The notes beneath the pieces are model-generated. The model saw nothing but the letters and a program-made list of their open reading frames with translations. It made no database searches and was not told the origin of the DNA. Shown here in pieces: positions 50,296 to 59,960 of a DNA stretch of 64,000 bases. Numbering within the stretch: position 1 is the first letter of the stretch; each line of letters begins with the position of its first letter. Source of the DNA: Gammaproteobacteria bacterium. Its GTDB lineage: Bacteria > Pseudomonadota > Gammaproteobacteria > Eutrophobiales > Eutrophobiaceae. The position numbers were made by a program, and so were the translations under genes. The stretch lies in contig OZ241853.1 of NCBI GenBank assembly GCA_965202685.1, forward strand, positions 133,333 to 197,332. The letters are read 5' to 3'.

Positions 50296-52300
50296 ATGGC
50301 GGCAACGATAAATCGCATTGGAGAACGGGCCAGATTCCATAGTCTGGCACTGATCGTGTGCGCCTTGTTTTTGATGACGGGCCTCGCCATCGTCGATGAC
50401 TACGGCATCTCGCCGGATACGAAAATCCAGCGCCTTATCGCCCTCAGCACCCTCAACTATGTCCTGCAAGACGACCCAGGCCGGTTGCGAATGCTCGCTG
50501 ACCGCTTCTACGGCGCCGCCTTCGAGGCGCCCCTGTTCCTGTTGACGGAACGGGTCCTGGGGCTGGAAGACCCACGCCATGTCTATTTGGCCCGCCATGT
50601 CCTGACGCACCTGTTGTTTCTAATCGGCGGGTTCTGTTGCTATCTGCTGGCGTTTCGATTGTCCGGCGACCGGCTGGCCGCGCTGTTGGTCATGTTGCTG
50701 TTCCTGCTGTCCCCGCGCCTGTACGCCCATTCCTTCTTCAACAGCAAGGATGCGGTGTTCGCCAGCGCCTTCGTCATGGCCTTGCTCTTTGCGAGCCGCG
50801 CCTTTGACAGGGACTCGTTGGGGGCCTATCGGTGGTGCGGGGCAATGGCAGGACTTCTCGTCAACCTGCGCATCATGGGAGTGGTTCTGTTTGCCATCGT
50901 GTTGGTCTTTCGGGCCTGGGCCTGGTTTCGGGCCGAGGGGGGCGCGGCGCGGCGGCGGGTGGCGGCGACCGCTGGGGTCTTTGCCCTGTGGGGGGGCCTT
51001 GTCTTGTTCATCAGCCTGCCCTATCTCTGGGGCGATCCCGCAGGGCGTCTGGGGGAATATTGGATGGCGTTGGCCGACCATCCTACCCACCGCTTCCGCC
51101 TATTGTTTCGGGGTCAGGCGGTTTCCAGCGCGGCGTTGCCTTGGGACTATGTGTTGCGCTGGTTCGCCATCAGCCAGCCCCTCGTGACCCTGTTGTTGGG
51201 TCTGCTGGGCCTGGGGGCCTTGGGCCTTGCCGCTGGGGGCGTCGTCAGACGCGGCGCGGACGCCGGGCCTGGACCGGGCGCGGCATGGGGGGGGGGGGGG
51301 GGGGGGGGAGTTGCGCTTCGGCATTCTGCTGGCAACCTGTTTTGCGTTGCCCCTGGTTGCCTTTGTTCTGTTGCGGCCCAACACCTCCGATGACTGGCGG
51401 CATTTTTATTTCCTGCACGGGCCTTTTTGCCTGCTGGCGACCTTCGCCCTGATGAGGTTGCGCCAGCTGCCGGCGCGGGGGTTGCAAAGAAGATGGCTCG
51501 GCGGCGCGGCCTGCGCGCTGACGGCGGTGGGACTAGGCATCACGACCTTTGAAATGGCGCAGATCCATCCTAACCAGCATCTCTATTTCAACCCATTAGT
51601 GGACCGGAAAACCCCGGAACGGCTACGGGCCCGCTACACCATGGATTACTACATGGCGATGCGGCAGGGTTATGAATACCTACTAAGACAAGGTCCGACC
51701 GCCGCCATTAACCTGGAAAAGAAATACTTCCTCTCGAGACTCGTTTATGGCATATTCATTCTTCCCGCGGCAGACCATCGCTGGTTCACCTACGACCGCA
51801 GTCGCGACCCGGACTTCTATTTAAGCGGAAGCGGAAACACAAGCATAAAGTTAAGCTTTCTGCCCAAAGATCCTTTCCCTCCCGTTCTTCACCGGTTCAA
51901 GGTCTATAACAACACCATGTTGATCGTATCCACGCCGGATCTGTCCCGGGTTGACCCGGCGGTGGCGGATGAGTATCGGGCTTTGCATCGGGCGGCGACA
52001 GCGGGGACGCCGGCGGCCCGGGCGGGGGGCTTCGATGTACACCTGCATGGCGACCGGCTGGCGTGGGTGAAGGAGGCTTGCGAGCCTGGGGAATTGATGT
52101 CGCCATTCCGGCTCAGGCTTTACCCGGCGGACGCGGGCCGTTTGCCGAACCATCTCCGGAAACAGGGTTACTTTGCAATCAGCGCCTTTGGGGTGCGGTT
52201 TGACGACAAGTGCCTGGGGGCGGCGCGGTTGCCGGATTTCGCCCTGACCCGGATTCGCCTGGGGCAACAAGGGAGATGGGAAGTTGAGGTCCCCTTTTAG
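50296..52300 (+). pseudogene. array paralogue 11, frameshifted at a 22-nt G tract (phase-OFF copy or sequencing artefact)
   Basis: ORFs 50296..51393 and 51227..52300 are the two halves of one paralogue, offset by a frameshift at G22 (51287-51308). It has an intact promoter motif tattgaccgctataat. Confidence 0.6.
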
Positions 52301-52301
52301 C

Positions 52302-52427
52302 TTTTAGCTTGTTAGTTTTCCGCCATGCGTCCTGGCGTTTCTTTGCTCGGGCGGTCATGTGCTATTTGCACACTCCCTTCCTCGCTCATCACGCCAGTTG
52401 CCTGACGAAAAACTTCCGTCGCTAAAA
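52302..52427 (+). repeat. R unit (first of two near-identical tandem copies)
   Basis: tagttttccgccatgcgtcctggcgtttctttgctcgggcggtcatgtgctatttgcacactccc...gctaaaa. Preceded by a 2x TTTTAGC microsatellite. Confidence 0.7.
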
Positions 52428-52430
52428 TGG

Positions 52431-52548
52431 TTGTAGTTTTCCGCCATGTGGCGCGGCGTTTCTTTGCTCGGGCGGTCATGTGCTATTTGCACACTCCCTT
52501 CCTCGCTCATCACGCCAGTTGCCTGACGAAAAACTTCCGTCGCTAAAA
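52431..52548 (+). repeat. R unit (second tandem copy); R fragments follow to 52690
   Basis: Near-identical to 52302-52427. Confidence 0.7.
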
Positions 52549-52693
52549 TGGTTGTAGTTTTCCGCCATGTGGCGCGGCGTTTCCTCGCTCGGTCAGTTTT
52601 AGCTCGTTAGTTTTCCGTTATCCTTCCTGGCGCTTCCGCGTTCAGTCAGTTTAGCTTGTTACATCCGCCATGCGTCTTGGCGGCCAAACTAGG

Positions 52694-52805
52694 GCGTAGC
52701 TTGGGGCAGGGCTTTTAAGACCCTGCGCGGCCCGGATGGCCGCGCCGAGAGCGTCCAGGGATGGATTTACAGCGTGTCGCAAAAGGCCCTGCCCCAAGCT
52801 ACACC
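52694..52805 (+). repeat. PAL element copy 9
   Basis: gcgtagcttggggcagggcttttaagaccc...gtcgcaaaaggccctgccccaagctacacc. Confidence 0.8.
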
Positions 52806-52807
52806 CC

Positions 52808-52930
52808 TTTTAGCTTGTTACATCCGCCATGCATCGCGGCGTTTCTTCACGCGGTCGGTCATGTATTTGACATACACTCCCTCCCGCGCTCATCACGCCG
52901 CTTGCCTGACGAAAAATTTCCGTCGCTAAA
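52808..52930 (+). repeat. R unit
   Basis: ttttagcttgttacatccgccatgcatcgcggcgtttcttcacgcggtcggtcatgtatttgacatacactccc...gctaaaa. Confidence 0.7.
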
Positions 52931-52965
52931 ACACACTTGCAGGCTCGGTTATTTTGCCTGGCGCA

Positions 52966-52979
52966 TTGACCGCTATAAT
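52966..52979 (+). promoter_or_regulatory. TTGACCGCTATAAT promoter-like motif
   Basis: TATAAT at 52974-52979. ATG at 52986. Confidence 0.3.
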
Positions 52980-52985
52980 GGCGGC

Positions 52986-54983
52986 ATGTTTGCAATGACA
53001 AACCCCATTGGAGAACGGATCCGGTTCCATCGCTTAGCGTTGATCGCATGCGCCCTATTCCTGATTACGGGCCTCGCCATCGTCGATGACTACGGCGTCT
53101 CTGTAGATACGGTGGGGCAGCGTCGCATCACCATCAACACCGTCAACTATGTCCTGCATGACGACCCAAGCCTGTTGCAAGTGCAGGCTGACCGCTTCTA
53201 CGGCGTCGCCTTCGAGTTGCCCCTGCTTCTGTTGACGAAACGGGTCCTGGGGCTGGAAGACCCGCGCCATGTCTATTTGGCCCGCCATGTCCTGACGCAC
53301 CTGTTGTTTCTAATCGGCGGGTTCTGTTGCTATCTGCTGGCGTTTCGATTGTCCGGCGACAGGCTGATCGCGCTGTTGGTCATGTTGCTGTTCCTGCTGT
53401 CCCCGCGCCTGTACGCCCATTCCTTTTTCAACAGCAAGGATGCGCCGTTCGCCAGCGTCTTCGTCATGGCCTTGCTCTTTGCGAGCCGCGCCTTTGACAA
53501 GGACTCGGTGGGGGCCTATCGGTGGTGCGGGGCAATAGCGGGACTTCTCGCCCACCTGCGCATCATGGGCGTGGTTCTGTTTGCCGTCGTGTTGGTCTTT
53601 CGGGCCTGGGCCTGGTTCCGGGCCGAGGGGGGCGCGGCGCGGCGGCGGGCGGCGGCGACCACTGGGGGCTTTGCCCTGTGGGGGGGCCTTGTCTTGTTCA
53701 TCAGCCTGCCCTATCTCTGGGGCGACCCCGCAGGGCGGCTGGCGGAAATGCCAGCGGTACTGAGCGATCATCCCATTGCCTCTTATGAGTTGTTCAAGGG
53801 ACAAGTGTTTCCGAGCGTGGCGTTGCCTTGGGACTATGTGTTGCGCTGGTTCGCCATCAGCCAGCCGCCGGTGACCTTGTTGTTGGGCCTGTTGGGCCTA
53901 GTGGCCTTGGGCCTTGCCGCTCAGGGCGTCGTCGGACGCGGCGCGGGCGCCCGGCCGGGCGCGGCATGGGGGGGCGCCGAGTTGCGCTCCGGCGGCCTGC
54001 TTGCGGCCTGCTTTGTTCTGCCTATGGCCGCTTTTGTTTTGTTGCGACCCGGCACCGGTGATGGCTGGCGGCATTTCTATTTTCTGCACGGGCCTTTTTG
54101 CCTGCTGGCGACCTTCGCCCTGATGGGAATGCGCCAGCTGGCGGCGCGGGGGTTGCGAAAAGAATGGGTGGGCGGCGCGGCTTGCGCGCTGACAGCGGCG
54201 GGGCTGGGCGTTGCGGCCCTTGAAATGGCGCAGATCCATCCTAACCAGCACCTTTATTTCAACTTTTTTGTGGACCGGAAAACCCCGGAACGGCTAAACG
54301 AACGCTACGAGACGGATTACTGGGACATGATGTTGCGGCAAGGGTATGAACACATCCTGCGACGAGAGCCTGCTTCCATCATTAACATGAGGCGGCGCCA
54401 GGTTCACTTGTGGGCGGACATCAACCGCAATGTGCGGATTCTCCCGGCGACGGCCCGCAACCGGTTCACCTACGACCCCAGCCGCGACCTGGATTTCTAC
54501 TTGGGCGGAAGCCCGGAGAGAAGCTTCCTGCCCAGAGATCCTTTCCCCCCCGTTATCCATCGGATCAAGGTCTATAACAACACGATGTTGACCGTATTCA
54601 CGCAGGATTTGTCCCGGGTTGACCCGGCGGTGGCGGATAAATATCGGGCTTTGCATCGGGCGGCGACGGCGGGGGTGCCGACGGCCCGAGGGGGGGGGTT
54701 CGATGTGCACCTGCATGGCGACCGGCTGGCGTGGGTGAAGGAGGCTTGCGAGCCAGGGGCACTGAAGCGTGAGTTCCTGCTCAAGCTTTATCCGGCGGAC
54801 CCGGGCCGTTTGCCAGAATCTCGCCGGCGCTGGGGCTACTTCGAACTCGGCGCCCGCGGGGTGCGGTTTGACGGCAAGTGCCTGGGGGCGCGACGACTGC
54901 CGGACTTCGCCCTGGCCCGGATTCGCCTGGGGCAGTCTGCTTCTGGCGGAGGGGCAGTGTGGGAAACCGACATCCACTTTTAG
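52986..54983 (+). CDS. array paralogue 12 (665 aa from ATG 52986; ORF open from 52761)
   Basis: MFAMTNPIGERIRFHR... Its C-terminal domain type is shared with paralogues 13 and 14. Confidence 0.75.
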   Translation: MFAMTNPIGERIRFHRLALIACALFLITGLAIVDDYGVSVDTVGQRRITINTVNYVLHDDPSLLQVQADRFYGVAFELPLLLLTKRVLGLEDPRHVYLARHVLTHLLFLIGGFCCYLLAFRLSGDRLIALLVMLLFLLSPRLYAHSFFNSKDAPFASVFVMALLFASRAFDKDSVGAYRWCGAIAGLLAHLRIMGVVLFAVVLVFRAWAWFRAEGGAARRRAAATTGGFALWGGLVLFISLPYLWGDPAGRLAEMPAVLSDHPIASYELFKGQVFPSVALPWDYVLRWFAISQPPVTLLLGLLGLVALGLAAQGVVGRGAGARPGAAWGGAELRSGGLLAACFVLPMAAFVLLRPGTGDGWRHFYFLHGPFCLLATFALMGMRQLAARGLRKEWVGGAACALTAAGLGVAALEMAQIHPNQHLYFNFFVDRKTPERLNERYETDYWDMMLRQGYEHILRREPASIINMRRRQVHLWADINRNVRILPATARNRFTYDPSRDLDFYLGGSPERSFLPRDPFPPVIHRIKVYNNTMLTVFTQDLSRVDPAVADKYRALHRAATAGVPTARGGGFDVHLHGDRLAWVKEACEPGALKREFLLKLYPADPGRLPESRRRWGYFELGARGVRFDGKCLGARRLPDFALARIRLGQSASGGGAVWETDIHF

Positions 54984-54997
54984 CTTTTAGCTTTTAG
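54977..54997 (+). repeat. 3x tandem TTTTAGC heptanucleotide at the stop codon
   Basis: cacTTTTAGCTTTTAGCTTTTAGCttgttag. Other copies carry 1 or 2 units. Confidence 0.8.
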
Positions 54998-55163
54998 CTT
55001 GTTAGTTTTCCGTTATCCTGCTTGGCGCGCCAACCAGGGCATAGCTTGTTACATCCGCCATGCGGCGCGGCATTTCTTTGCGCGGTCAGTCATGTATTTG
55101 ATATACACTCCCTCCCGCGCTCATCATGCCGCTTGCCTGACGAAAAACTTCCGTCGCTAAAAA

Positions 55164-57176
55164 ATGGTCAATTCACCGCTTGCAGGGCGGAAAACTAACA
55201 AGCTAAAACGGGCCCGATTCCATAGTTTGGCACTGCTCGTGTGGTCCCTGTTCCTGATAGCGGGCCTCGCCATCGTCGATGACTACGGCGTCTCGATAGA
55301 TACGGAAAACCAGCATCTTAACGCCCTCAGCACTCTCAACTATGTCCTGCATGACGACCTAGGCCGGTTCCGAGTGGCCGCTGACCGCTTCTACGGCGCC
55401 GCCTTCGAGTTGCCCCTGCTTCTGTTGACGGAACGGGTCCTGGGGCTGGAAGACTCGCGCCATGTCCATTTAGCCCGCCATGTCCTGACGCACTTGTTTT
55501 TTCTGCTTGGCGGGTTCTGTTGCTATCTGTTGGCGCGGCGCTTGTCCGGCGACCGGCTGATCGCGCTGTTGGTCATGTTGCTGTTCCTGCTGTCTCCGCG
55601 TCTTTACGCCCATTCCTTCTTCAACAGCAAGGATGCGGTGTTCGCCAGCGCCTTCGTCATGGCCTTGCTCTTTGTGTGTCGCGCCTTTGACAGGGACTCG
55701 TTGGGGGCCTATCGGTGGGGCGGCGCGGCGGCGGGGCTTCTCATCAACCTGCGCATCATGGGCGTGGTTCTGTTTGCCGCCGTGTTGCTCTTTCGGGCTT
55801 GGGCCTGGTTTCGGGCCGAGGGGTGCGCGCCGCAACGACGGATTGTGGCGACCACTAGCGTCTTCGCCCTGTGGGGGGGCCTTGTCTTGTTCATCAGCCT
55901 GCCCTACCTCTGGGATGACCCAGTAGGGCGGCTGGCGGAAATGGTCATGGCGTTGGCCGATCATCCTATCGTTCTTCATGAATTATTCCGGGGGCAAGTG
56001 TTTTCCAGCGCGGCGTTGCCTTGGGATTATGTGTTGCGCTGGTTCGCCATCAGCCAGCCGCCGGTGACCTTGTTGTTGGGACTGTTGGGCCTAGTGGCCC
56101 TGGGCCTTGCCGCTGGAGGCGTCGTCAGACGCGGCGCGGGCGCCGGGCCGGGCGCGGCGTGGGGGGCCGCCGAGTTGCGCTTCGGCATCCTGCTGGCAAC
56201 CTGCTTTGCATTGCCCCTAGTTGCCTTTGTTCTGTTGCGGCCCAATGCCTACCAGGGCTGGCGGCATTTTTATTTCCTGCACGGGCCTTTTTGCCTGTTG
56301 GCGACCTTCGCCCTGATGGGGTTGCGCCAGCTGTCGGCGCGGGGGTTGCAAAGAAGATGGGTTGGCGGCGCGGCTTGCGCGCTGACAGCGGCGGGGCTGG
56401 GCGTCGTGGTTGTCCAGATGGCGCGACTCCATCCTAACCAATATCTCTATTTCAACTTTTTTGTGGACCGAAAAACTCCGGAATGGCTAAACGAACGCTA
56501 CGAGACGGATTACTGGGACATGATGTTGCGGCAAGGGTATGAACACATCCTGCGACGAGGGCCTGCTTCCATCATTAACATGAGGCGGCGCCAGGTTATC
56601 TTGTGGGATGACATCAACCGCAATGTGCAGATCCTCCCGGCGGCGGCCCGGAGCCGGTTCACCTATGACCCCAGTCGCGACCTGGATTTCCACTTGGGCG
56701 GAAGCCCGGAGAGAAGCTTCTTGCCCAGAGATCCTTTCCCCCCCGTTATCCATCGGATCAAGGTCTATAACAACACGATGTTGACCGTATTCACGCAGGA
56801 TTTATCCCGGGTTGACCCGGCGGTGGCGGATGAATATCGGGCTTTGCATCGGGCGGCGACGGCGGGGGAGCCGGCGGCCCGGGCGGGGGGCTTTGATGTG
56901 CACCTGCATGGCGACCGGCTGGCGTGGGTGAAGGAGGCTTGCGAGCCAGGAGAATTGTTGTTTCCGTTCTGGCTCGCGTTTTACCCAGTGGACGCGGGCC
57001 GTTTGCCAGAATCTCGCCGGCGATGGGGCTACTTCGAACTCGGCGCCCGCGGGGTGCGGTTTGACGGCAAGTGCCTGGGAGCGCGACGACTGCCGGACTT
57101 CGCCCTAGCCCGGGTGCGCCTGGGGCAACATGCTCCTAGTGGGGAGGTGCTATGGGAAGCCGACATCCCCTTTTAG
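55164..57176 (+). CDS. array paralogue 13, 5'-end replaced at the same junction as paralogue 6
   Basis: MVNSPLAGRKTNKLK | RARFHS. The junction is gctaaaa|cgggcccgattccat at 55208/55209. Confidence 0.55.
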   Translation: MVNSPLAGRKTNKLKRARFHSLALLVWSLFLIAGLAIVDDYGVSIDTENQHLNALSTLNYVLHDDLGRFRVAADRFYGAAFELPLLLLTERVLGLEDSRHVHLARHVLTHLFFLLGGFCCYLLARRLSGDRLIALLVMLLFLLSPRLYAHSFFNSKDAVFASAFVMALLFVCRAFDRDSLGAYRWGGAAAGLLINLRIMGVVLFAAVLLFRAWAWFRAEGCAPQRRIVATTSVFALWGGLVLFISLPYLWDDPVGRLAEMVMALADHPIVLHELFRGQVFSSAALPWDYVLRWFAISQPPVTLLLGLLGLVALGLAAGGVVRRGAGAGPGAAWGAAELRFGILLATCFALPLVAFVLLRPNAYQGWRHFYFLHGPFCLLATFALMGLRQLSARGLQRRWVGGAACALTAAGLGVVVVQMARLHPNQYLYFNFFVDRKTPEWLNERYETDYWDMMLRQGYEHILRRGPASIINMRRRQVILWDDINRNVQILPAAARSRFTYDPSRDLDFHLGGSPERSFLPRDPFPPVIHRIKVYNNTMLTVFTQDLSRVDPAVADEYRALHRAATAGEPAARAGGFDVHLHGDRLAWVKEACEPGELLFPFWLAFYPVDAGRLPESRRRWGYFELGARGVRFDGKCLGARRLPDFALARVRLGQHAPSGEVLWEADIPF

Positions 57177-57177
57177 C

Positions 57178-57294
57178 TTTTAGCTTGTTAGTTTTCCGTT
57201 ATCCTTCCTGGCGCTTCCGCGTTCAGTCAGTCATGTGCCATTGCGCACACTCCTTCCTTCACTTGTCGCGCCAGTTGCCTAACGAAAAACTTCC
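57178..57294 (+). repeat. R unit (R2 variant, truncated end)
   Basis: Follows a 2x TTTTAGC repeat at 57171-57184. Confidence 0.6.
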
Positions 57295-57375
57295 GTCGCT
57301 AAATGCTCGTCATGCCGCTTGCCTGACGAATGTTCCGTCATGCTTCGTGGATGGACAGGAAGATGAGGTGGAATG

Positions 57376-57488
57376 GGCCTAGCTTGGGGGCGGGCTTTTA
57401 AGACCCTGTGCGGCCTGGATGGCCGCACCGAGAGCGTCCAGGGATGGATTCACAGCGTGTCGTAAAAAGCCCGCCCCCAAGCTAGGCC
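57376..57488 (+). repeat. PAL element copy 10
   Basis: gcctagcttgggggcgggcttttaagaccc...gtcgtaaaaagcccgcccccaagctaggcc. Confidence 0.8.
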
Positions 57489-57549
57489 CTGGTTGGCGCA
57501 CTAGGACGCAGGGCGGAAAACTAACAGGCCAAAAAGGTAATATGGCGGC

Positions 57550-59535
57550 ATGGCGGCAATGACAAATCGCATTGGAGGATGGGCCCGGTTCCATCGCTTA
57601 GCATTAATTGCCTGCGCCCTGTTCCTCCTTGCGGGTCTCGCCATCGTCGATGACTATGGCGTTACGATAGACACAACCTCTCAACGGGCTATCGCCCTCA
57701 GCACCCTCAACTATGTCCTGCATGACGACCCAGGCCGGTTGCGAGTGGTCGTTGACCGCTTCTACGGCGCCGCCTTCGAGTTGCCCCTGTTCCTGTTGAC
57801 GGAACGGGTCCTGGGGCTGGAAGACCCGCGCCATGTCTATTTGGCCCGCCATGTCCTGACGCACCTGTTTTTTCTAATCGGCGGGTTCTGTTGCTATCTG
57901 TTGGCGTTTCGATTGTCCGGCGACCGGCTGGCGGCGCTGTTGGTCATGGCGTTGTTTCTCTTGTCCCCGCGCATCTACGCTCATTCCTTCTTCAACAGCA
58001 AGGATCCGGTGGCTGCCAGCGCCTTCGTCATGGCCTTGCTCGTTGTGTGTCGCGCCTTTGACAAGGACTCGGTGGGGGCCTATCGGTGGTGCGGGGCAAT
58101 GGCGGGACTTGTCGTCAACCTGCGCATCTTGGGCATCGCCCTGTTTGCCGTCGTGTTGGTCTTTCAGGCCTGGGCCTGGTTCCGGGCCGGGGGGGGCGCG
58201 GCGCGGCGGCGGGTTGTAGTGACCACTGGCGCTTTCGCCCTGTGGGGAATCGTTGTCTTGTTCATCAGCCTGCCCTATCTCTGGGGCGACCCCGCAGGGC
58301 GGCTGGCGGAAATGGTCGAGATTATGCGCGATCATCCTACCGTTTATCTGGTATTGTTCCGGGGGCAGGTGTTTTCCGGCGCGGCGTTGCCTTGGGACTA
58401 TATGTTGCGCTGGTTCGCCATCAGCCAGCCGCCGGTGACCTTGTTGTTGGGGCTGTTGGGCCTAGTGGCCCTGGGCCTTGCCGCCAGGGGCGTCGTCAGA
58501 CGCGGCGCAGGCGCCGGGCCCGGGCCGGGCGCGGCGTGGGGCGCCGCCGAGTTGCGCCTCGGCATATTGCTCGCAACCTGCTTTGCGTTGCCCCTGGTTG
58601 CCTTTGCGCTGTTGCGACCCACCTCCCTCAATGACTGGCGGCATTTTTATTTCTTGCACGGGCCTTTTTGCCTGCTGGCGACCTTCGCCCTGATGGGGTT
58701 GCGCCAGCTGCCGATGCGGGAGGCGCAAAGAAGATGGCTCGGCGGCGCGGCGCGCGCACTGACGGCGGCTGGGCTGGGCGTCGTGGCGGTCCAGATGGCG
58801 CAGATCCATCCTAACCAGCATCTCTATTTCAACTTTTTTGTGGATCGGAAGACCCCGGAACGGTTGCGCGAGCGCTACGAGACGGATTACTGGGACATGA
58901 TGTTGCGGCAAGGTTATGAACACATCCTGCGACGAGAGCCTGCTTCCATCATTAACATGAGGCCGCGAGAGCTTGACTGGGCGTCCATCAACCGCAATGT
59001 GCAGATTCTCCCGGCGGCGGCCCGCAAACGGTTCACTTATGACCGCAGTCGCGACCTGGATTTCTACCTGGGAGGAAGCCCGGAGAAAAGCTTCCTGCCC
59101 AGAGATCCTTTCCTCCCCGTAATCCATCGGATCAAGGTCTATAACAACACGATGTTGACCGTATCCACGCCGGATTTGTCCCGAGTTGACCCGGCGGTGG
59201 CGGAGGCGTATCGGGCTTTGCATCGGGCGGCGACGGCGGGGGAACCGGTGGCTCGCGGGGGGGGCTTCAATGTGCACCTGCATGGCGACCGGCTGGCGTG
59301 GGTGAAGGAGGCTTGCGAGCCTGGGGAATTGTTGTTTCCGTTCCGACTCGCGTTTTACCCAGTGGACGCGAGCCGGTTGCCGAAACCACGCCGCAACTGG
59401 GGATACTTCGAACTCGACGCCCGCGGGGTGCGGTTTGACGGCAAGTGCCTGGGGGCGCGACGACTGCCGGACTTCGCCCTGGCCCGCGCGCGTTTGGGGC
59501 AACCGGGGAGATGGGAAGTTGACATCCCCTTTTAG
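57550..59535 (+). CDS. array paralogue 14 (661 aa)
   Basis: MAAMTNRIGGWARFHR... Its central ~1 kb is near-identical to paralogue 4. Confidence 0.75.
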   Translation: MAAMTNRIGGWARFHRLALIACALFLLAGLAIVDDYGVTIDTTSQRAIALSTLNYVLHDDPGRLRVVVDRFYGAAFELPLFLLTERVLGLEDPRHVYLARHVLTHLFFLIGGFCCYLLAFRLSGDRLAALLVMALFLLSPRIYAHSFFNSKDPVAASAFVMALLVVCRAFDKDSVGAYRWCGAMAGLVVNLRILGIALFAVVLVFQAWAWFRAGGGAARRRVVVTTGAFALWGIVVLFISLPYLWGDPAGRLAEMVEIMRDHPTVYLVLFRGQVFSGAALPWDYMLRWFAISQPPVTLLLGLLGLVALGLAARGVVRRGAGAGPGPGAAWGAAELRLGILLATCFALPLVAFALLRPTSLNDWRHFYFLHGPFCLLATFALMGLRQLPMREAQRRWLGGAARALTAAGLGVVAVQMAQIHPNQHLYFNFFVDRKTPERLRERYETDYWDMMLRQGYEHILRREPASIINMRPRELDWASINRNVQILPAAARKRFTYDRSRDLDFYLGGSPEKSFLPRDPFLPVIHRIKVYNNTMLTVSTPDLSRVDPAVAEAYRALHRAATAGEPVARGGGFNVHLHGDRLAWVKEACEPGELLFPFRLAFYPVDASRLPKPRRNWGYFELDARGVRFDGKCLGARRLPDFALARARLGQPGRWEVDIPF

Positions 59536-59606
59536 CTTGTTACATCCGCCATGCATCGCGGCATTTCTTCACTCGGTCAGTCATGTATTTCATGCACACT
59601 CCTTCC

Positions 59607-59733
59607 TTTTTAGCTTGTTAGTTTTCCGCCATGCGTCCTGGCGTTTCTTTGCTCGGGCGGTCATGTGCTATTTGCACACTCCCTTCCTCGCTCATCACGC
59701 CAGTTGCCTGACGAAAAACTTCCGTCGCTAAAA
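59607..59733 (+). repeat. R unit
   Basis: Near-identical to 33812-33937. Preceded by a partial R (59530-59600). Confidence 0.7.
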
Positions 59734-59787
59734 TGGTTGCGGGATAACGGAAAACTAACAAGCTAAAAGGGATGACGGGGTGCATAG

Positions 59788-59899
59788 GCGTAGCTTGGGG
59801 GTGGGCTTTTAAGACCCTGTGCGGCCCGGATGGCCGCACCGAGAGCGTCCAGGGATGGATTCACAGCGTGTCGTAAAAAGCCCGCCCCCAAGCTAGGCC
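59788..59899 (+). repeat. PAL element copy 11
   Basis: Near-identical to copy 10. Confidence 0.8.
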
Positions 59900-59960
59900 C
59901 TGGTTGGCGCACTAGGACGCAGGGCGGAAAACTAACAGGCCAAAAAGGTAATATGGCGGC

